DNA from: an uncultured cyanobacterium
GTDB lineage: Bacteria; Cyanobacteriota; Cyanobacteriia; PCC-9006; JAAUQQ01
Reading direction: 5' to 3'
Length of the DNA stretch: 64,000 bases
Assembly (NCBI GenBank): GCA_963718615.1
Contig: OY970368.1
Coordinates: forward strand, 3,584,001-3,648,000
Both the position numbers and the translations under genes were made by a program. This document shows positions 1 to 5,033 of the stretch, piece by piece. Every line of letters starts with the position of its first letter. Position 1 is the first letter of the stretch. The notes beneath the pieces were generated by a model, which made no database searches, was not told the DNA's origin, and saw nothing but the letters and a program-made list of their open reading frames with translations.

Positions 1-621
1 GCCTACCCGAATAATCTCAAAGGCCCGCCGAAAGAAATAAGCCACCAAATCCGCATTGCCATGGGACTCTGGATAGCCTTCCTTCAAATAGTCCAAATAG
101 CCTTCCGCGTTGCCATTGATGGTTGTGTTCTTTCCTGCAAACGGCGGATTCCCCACGATCGCATCAAACCCGCCATTCTCCCGAGCAAACACCTCCGGAA
201 ACTCCACCTCCCAACTAAACGGAACCACCGGCTTCTCCCGCTCCCGCAACTGCCCCGCGATCGCCACCATCCGCTCCGGCTGCGATCGCACCACCTGGCT
301 ATACTCCGACACCAACAATTCCCGATCCTTCTTACTCTTGCCAAAACCATCGAAGGTTGCCGCGATCGCCACATCCCCCTGCATCCGCACCTGCAACAAC
401 TTCGCTTCCGCATCCTGCCACTGCCGATACTTCAAATCCGCATCCCCATCCGACAACGTATCCCCCGACTGAATCTTCGACCTCAACACCGTCGCCGCCA
501 AAATCTGCTCCTGCCCATACTTCATCAACGGCAAATCCTGAATCGGGTCCCGCCCAAAAGCCACAATCTTCTTCCGCGTCAGCCCCACCAACAAATCCAC
601 ACACTTAAATGCATGGTCCAT
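1..621 (-). pseudogene. 5'-truncated second copy of the N6-adenine methyltransferase catalytic region; open frame runs off the window
   Basis: Manual translation from ATG at 621: MDHAFKCVDLLVGLTRKKIVAFGRDPIQDLPLMKY...FDAIVGNPPF...AYFFRRAFEIIRVG. It is collinear with the C-terminal part of ORF 5034-7823, lacks the SAM-binding motif I (DLAMGSAAF), and KCGDSL is changed to KCVDLL. Confidence 0.85.
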
Positions 622-634
622 AAATGTAAATGGC
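1..634. repeat. Direct repeat, copy 2 (partner 5211-5844)
   Basis: By-eye alignment at offset 5210: 7 mismatches in 1-540, then about 18 mismatches in 541-634; homology ends near 634. Confidence 0.95.
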
Positions 635-698
635 GGTAGTCCTCTGGCGGTAAGGACTGCACCGCTTCGACAAGGGATTCTACGACTTTGGTGTTCAT
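579..698 (-). pseudogene. Truncated N-terminus of a DUF433-type antitoxin paralogue, fused out of frame to the methyltransferase copy
   Basis: ATG at 698 gives MNTKVVESLVEAVQSLPPEDY, matching MSTKFAESLAEAVVALPKEDY at the start of 4594-5028. Similarity stops at about 636, where methyltransferase homology begins; TGA at 579-581. Confidence 0.8.
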
Positions 699-756
699 GG
701 GCTTTAAGTTGAGAACAAAGGAGGCGATCGCTATCTGCTTCAGAGAAGTTAAGCGG

Positions 757-1608
757 CTAATTTCCTCCGTTTAGCTGCCTGAGATAATTGATAAAAGCAA
801 TCTTTTCTTCATCAGTCATCTCCCGACGACTATTCTTCTGATAGGTTTGCTGAATATGCTGTTGTGCCTGTGGAATATCCCAGCCTGCAAGCTTCATTTC
901 AATCCGAATTTGCGCATTAAGTGACAACTCAATCACACCAGCAATGAGTTTCCAGCAGGGTTTAGGAGGGCCAGTCCAGTCATCAAATTCATGTGGCAGG
1001 CTCAGGCTCAGGGTAATTAGGCAGGGGCCTTCTGGAACAGAACCCTGATCCAACTGATGCAACAAGATAGTATCAGTGAGGGTGAGTTTATTAAAAGACA
1101 AGCCATTTCTCATAGAAAAAGATCCTTTCCATTGCGTCCCACCATTGCGTCTTCGGGAAGAAATAATTTCGAGTTTATCCGTATATACAAGTTCTAAAGT
1201 CTTACGGTCAGGAAATGATAAGGCTTGCAGATCAGCAATCGGAACATATTTATAGGAGTTGTGGAGAATTGGTGAGCCGAAGTTTATAAATTCGACAACA
1301 TCGTCAACACTTGCTTTTCGCACGAATGTCCAATCACCAGTCAGAATTGAGCGATTTTCACATTCAAAGTCAAAGTCTGGCCCTGTTGTATCTAATGGGA
1401 TTTCCAACACATCCAGTAATTCAACTTCAACAAGCGTGAGCATATTGCCATCATCAATTACGGGCGTCGCACTAGGGACTCTACCGTCTTCAGGATGTTC
1501 ATCAGAAACAGGTCGAATCCATTGCCCTGATGCAGGTTCAATGCCAGCAACGCATCGTTCGCTGTACTTGGCGGAATTGGCCAAGCAAATAATTTGAGTA
1601 AGGCCCAT
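757..1608 (-). CDS. Dual-OB-domain family protein with a short C-terminal helical extension
   Basis: N-terminal IICLANSAKYSERCVAGI..WIRPV and later LSLS...CWKLIAGVI are typical of this family; follows two DUF488 genes in an apparent operon. Confidence 0.7.
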   Translation of the reverse strand: MGLTQIICLANSAKYSERCVAGIEPASGQWIRPVSDEHPEDGRVPSATPVIDDGNMLTLVEVELLDVLEIPLDTTGPDFDFECENRSILTGDWTFVRKASVDDVVEFINFGSPILHNSYKYVPIADLQALSFPDRKTLELVYTDKLEIISSRRRNGGTQWKGSFSMRNGLSFNKLTLTDTILLHQLDQGSVPEGPCLITLSLSLPHEFDDWTGPPKPCWKLIAGVIELSLNAQIRIEMKLAGWDIPQAQQHIQQTYQKNSRREMTDEEKIAFINYLRQLNGGN

Positions 1609-1623
1609 GATTTAATACCAAAC

Positions 1624-2070
1624 TTAGAGATGATGAATATCGATGCATCCCCATTTCTCATTCAAATACTCGGCAACCAGGCGTCTGTGGCAGTGATGCG
1701 GCTTGGCCTCGCTACAAAGTAAGCAGCTACTATCCACTAAATCGGGTGACAAAACTTTTTCAATTTCACGTTTGTTCATCAGATCAATGAATTGGCTCTC
1801 ATATATTTGCCATTCACCTTTCTGCTTCTTAAAGGTGTCAAGGATATCTTTAGTAGGGGCTAACTCGGGAATATGGACATACTCAATATTCCCAATTTCT
1901 TTTAGAAAATAAGCGAGGTCGTCGCGCTTAGAGAAACCTGCGAGCTGGGAAACGTTATTCAAGCGCGTATCAATTACGCGACGAACCCCAGACTTGAGTA
2001 GCAGCTCAAAAAACTGTTGGGCTGTTTTTTGGGTAAAGCCAATCGTGAATAGGTCAATGGGTTGAGTCAT
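1624..2070 (-). CDS. DUF488 family protein (short type)
   Basis: LFTIGFTQKTAQQFF, VIDTRLNNVSQLAGFSK, CLLCSEAKPHHCHRRLVAEYL; ATG at 2070 preferred to the upstream TTG. Confidence 0.85.
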   Translation of the reverse strand: MTQPIDLFTIGFTQKTAQQFFELLLKSGVRRVIDTRLNNVSQLAGFSKRDDLAYFLKEIGNIEYVHIPELAPTKDILDTFKKQKGEWQIYESQFIDLMNKREIEKVLSPDLVDSSCLLCSEAKPHHCHRRLVAEYLNEKWGCIDIHHL

Positions 2071-2746
2071 GGTTGCGTTCAACGTAGGCAATACGATCGC
2101 CCTGACGGGTGTAAGCCTCTTGGATGGCCTCTGCTAGAGAGAGCGGTTTGAGGACAGCGACAGAATGATCGGATATCGAATTGCTGGTAGAGCTATGAAA
2201 CAAACTCAGTTGGGCTGGTTCTGGTGCTTCAATAGGTTGACCGAGGGCATCTGCCAACCCATTTGCTCGGAGCAGACGTTCTTCTAAATGCTGATGTGTC
2301 TCTAGCTCGCCATTGTGCCAGATATGGTTGATGTCTAGGGAGAAGGGCTTTAGATGTTGGCAAACTAAAACAGCGCGATGGCAAGTAAGCGGATCTTTTT
2401 CCGCACACATGAGCGCTACATCGAACTTTTGGCTACCACTGATGACACGATCAATACCTTGAGCAAAGGCACCAGTAGCGGCGATGCGCTCATATAACGC
2501 TTTCCCATCTACATAGCAGCTTTCATCATCAGGACGGGCTCCCAGCTCGCGCCCAAGAAACACGTAACGAATGCCAGCTTTTTGGAGAGCATCTTTCAAA
2601 GGCTTTTGGCAGAAGTGAGGCATGTAGCGGCTATAGGGGGTAGACCGAACATCCGCTAGAGCGGTTACCTCATGCTGCTTGAGCAGGGCAATGAAAGTGT
2701 CAATATCATGATTGGAATGACCAATCGTGTACAACTTGTTTGACAT
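2054..2746 (-). CDS. DUF488 family protein (long type)
   Basis: LYTIGHSNH, DVRSTPYSR, ELGARP, ALMCAEKDPLTCHR motifs. Confidence 0.9.
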   Translation of the reverse strand: MSNKLYTIGHSNHDIDTFIALLKQHEVTALADVRSTPYSRYMPHFCQKPLKDALQKAGIRYVFLGRELGARPDDESCYVDGKALYERIAATGAFAQGIDRVISGSQKFDVALMCAEKDPLTCHRAVLVCQHLKPFSLDINHIWHNGELETHQHLEERLLRANGLADALGQPIEAPEPAQLSLFHSSTSNSISDHSVAVLKPLSLAEAIQEAYTRQGDRIAYVERNHDSTH

Positions 2747-2779
2747 GCTACGGGTTGGGAGGGACTGCCTATGGCCTCA

Positions 2780-2785
2780 ATTATA
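2780..2785 (-). promoter_or_regulatory. Putative -10 box of the DUF488 module
   Basis: Perfect TATAAT on the minus strand, 34 nt upstream of ATG 2746; no clear -35 box. Confidence 0.4.
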
Positions 2786-2882
2786 GGGAAGTTGCATAGC
2801 AGAAAAGATTTAGCTAGAGTTAAGATCTGAGCTGCTGATGAATCTACGGAGGCGGGTTTGGAGGGGGATCGTTGGACGTATT

Positions 2883-4214
2883 CTAGTCATGGTCAAGTAA
2901 TCCTGGAATAGTCGGAAAGTCAGGGTCGGGGGCTGATTTAGTCCGCTTAGTTTTGCTCTTGGTGGATGTTCCTTTTTGAGAAACCTTCTTCGCCGCCTTG
3001 TGCCCGAGCACCTCTTCCTCGTGGCGGGTTTGGTTGAGGTCGAGGAGGCGGGCGAGGATTTCGTCGTGGATGGCTTCGGGCCAGCGGTAGCGCCAGGGGA
3101 GTTTTTTGCGTTTTTTGAGGCTGGCTTGAATCTGGTTGTCGAAGGTGGCGGCTTCGGCGGGGTCGGCCCAGTGGAGATCGCCGGATGCGATGCGGTCTTG
3201 GAGGTTGGGGGGGAGGTTGTCGGTTTCGATGTCGAGGTAATCGAGGGCGAAGCCGCAGGGGATGTGGCCTTGGTCGTCGGTTTCGAGATGTTCGGTCCAG
3301 CCGTAGGCGGTGAGGACGGCTTGGTCCATTTGGCTGTGGAGGTCGCGGAGGTGGTGGATTTCGGGGTCGGTTTCTTGGGGGTCGTGGAAGCGGTTGTAGG
3401 TGTCGGTGAGACCCTGGTTGTTGCGGATCATGAGGGCGGCGCGGTAGTCGTAGTAGGCTTTGCCGATGGTTTCGAGGGTGGGGTCGGTTTCCCAGTTTTC
3501 GGGGAAGGGGAAGGTTTCGAAGCAGTCGGAGGGGGTGTAGCGGAGTCGATCTTCCAGGGATGAGCCAAAGAAGCGTGTCCAGATTTCGTGGGGGCGGGAT
3601 TGTAGGGCGCAGAAGGCTGAATATGTGTCGAGAGCGCAAACGATCAGAGCTTCAGAAAAAACCATATTTGGGAGCACAAAGGTCAGTCCCCAATTTGGCT
3701 GATGGCGAGAGATGACTAATACCCGATCGCAAGTTGCGATCGCTCTATACAAAGCAATTCGTTTCTCGCAAAAATGCCACCAAAGACGACGATATATTTC
3801 TCGTTTATCTAGTAATCTTTGAGGCTTAACTTTCGCTTCTACGATCGCCATCAACTCCGGCCATCCCCGCGCCTCCTCCTCACTCATCTCGCCAAAGTTA
3901 ATTACATAGCGTCGATGCTCGTGGGTTGGACTACCATTTACCTCAGAACCACCAATGTAAGGGAAAATGCGTTCCTGATTCTTAGGATTTTCCGCAATCA
4001 ATCGCTCCATTTCGGCGAGGCTTGTCGCTTCCGGATTCGTATCATCAAACGTAAATCCCATGCCTAAGACAATGCTGTCTTGAAAACTCTTTTCCGCATT
4101 GGCCAGCAGCACTTTCGGGTTTTCGTGACCGCCCTTGGGAAACAGAAACGCGGTGATTTTTTCGACGGGTTGGCCGTCGAGAATAATTTCGGGTTGATAT
4201 GGCATTGAAATCAT
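2883..4214 (-). CDS. Target-recognition and C-terminal half of a type IIG/IIL (MmeI-like, DrmMI-like) methyltransferase
   Basis: RIFPYIGGSEVN, RYVINF, LQSRPHEIW..FGSSLEDRLRYTPSDCFETFPFP, LRDLHSQMDQAVLTAYGW, DEILARLLDLN are typical of MmeI-like TRD and C-terminal regions; ATGA overlap with the upstream toxin gene. Confidence 0.85.
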   Translation of the reverse strand: MISMPYQPEIILDGQPVEKITAFLFPKGGHENPKVLLANAEKSFQDSIVLGMGFTFDDTNPEATSLAEMERLIAENPKNQERIFPYIGGSEVNGSPTHEHRRYVINFGEMSEEEARGWPELMAIVEAKVKPQRLLDKREIYRRLWWHFCEKRIALYRAIATCDRVLVISRHQPNWGLTFVLPNMVFSEALIVCALDTYSAFCALQSRPHEIWTRFFGSSLEDRLRYTPSDCFETFPFPENWETDPTLETIGKAYYDYRAALMIRNNQGLTDTYNRFHDPQETDPEIHHLRDLHSQMDQAVLTAYGWTEHLETDDQGHIPCGFALDYLDIETDNLPPNLQDRIASGDLHWADPAEAATFDNQIQASLKKRKKLPWRYRWPEAIHDEILARLLDLNQTRHEEEVLGHKAAKKVSQKGTSTKSKTKRTKSAPDPDFPTIPGLLDHD

Positions 4215-4597
4215 CTAATTAGCTTTACGTCATACTGATCGAAGACCTTATCCACACTCACAAGTCCGATATCTTCAACCATCGCCTGAGCAATGATCAA
4301 GCGGTCAAATGGATCGCGATGATGGAAAGGTAACGCTGATACTGTCTTTAGATGCTTTATTTCAATGGGTAATAGAGTGATTTTGTTTATCCTAATTTGC
4401 TCGTTCAAAAACGGTTGAAACTCTTCTTCTAAAGATAACTTTCCAACGCTCACCTTAATTGCAATTTCCCATATACTCGCAATGCTTAGCAAAATATCAA
4501 CCTCAGATTCCAATAGCCTTCTGGTGGTAGAGTCTAGCTGCGGGCTGCGGGCAATAAACCATAGGAAAATATGAGTGTCTATTAATACGCTCATCAC
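4211..4597 (-). CDS. vapC: PIN-domain (VapC family) toxin
   Basis: LIDTHIFLW, SIASIWEIAIK, HHRDPFDRLIIAQA, SVD acidic PIN motifs. Confidence 0.92.
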   Translation of the reverse strand: MMSVLIDTHIFLWFIARSPQLDSTTRRLLESEVDILLSIASIWEIAIKVSVGKLSLEEEFQPFLNEQIRINKITLLPIEIKHLKTVSALPFHHRDPFDRLIIAQAMVEDIGLVSVDKVFDQYDVKLIR

Positions 4598-5028
4598 ATG
4601 TAGTCCTTAAAATCCTCTAGAGGCTCATCAAAATCGGGAGACATCCAGATTTTTCCAGCAGCACTTCCGGCCTGCCGATACGATTGATTAGGCTGATCCA
4701 GTTCATCCCAGTCGTCATTGTGCTGACTGACAATCTCTGCATCAATTTCAGCTTTATTCGCCTGATAGTAAGCTCGCATGGCTAAAAGATCGAAGCGAGT
4801 TAAGTCGGGATAATTTTGCAGTAGCTCTGCATCGTCCATCCCCTGATTTATAAAAGAAATCAGCAACCATACCGCAATTCGCGTATTCCGAATGCAGGCA
4901 ACACCGCCGACAACACCCGGCGTTTTACGAATCAATTTATTGGTAAGTGTCTCTTGGAATAAGTCATAGTCTTCTTTGGGCAAAGCCACTACAGCCTCAG
5001 CTAGCGATTCCGCAAATTTCGTACTCAT
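4594..5028 (-). CDS. Antitoxin-like protein: DUF433 domain with a DUF2281/VapB-like C-terminal tail
   Basis: KTPGVVGGVACIRNTRIAVW...YPDLT (DUF433) and RQAGSAAGKIWMSPDFDEPLEDFKDYM tail; ATG at 5028 with GGAGGG upstream; ATGA overlap with the PIN gene. Confidence 0.8.
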   Translation of the reverse strand: MSTKFAESLAEAVVALPKEDYDLFQETLTNKLIRKTPGVVGGVACIRNTRIAVWLLISFINQGMDDAELLQNYPDLTRFDLLAMRAYYQANKAEIDAEIVSQHNDDWDELDQPNQSYRQAGSAAGKIWMSPDFDEPLEDFKDYM

Positions 5029-5033
5029 ACGCG

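Noticed and set aside
1-634. Repeat as a pure assembly artefact
   Set aside because: The copies differ at scattered sites, have a divergent edge and have distinct, interpretable flanks. Not fully excludable without reads.
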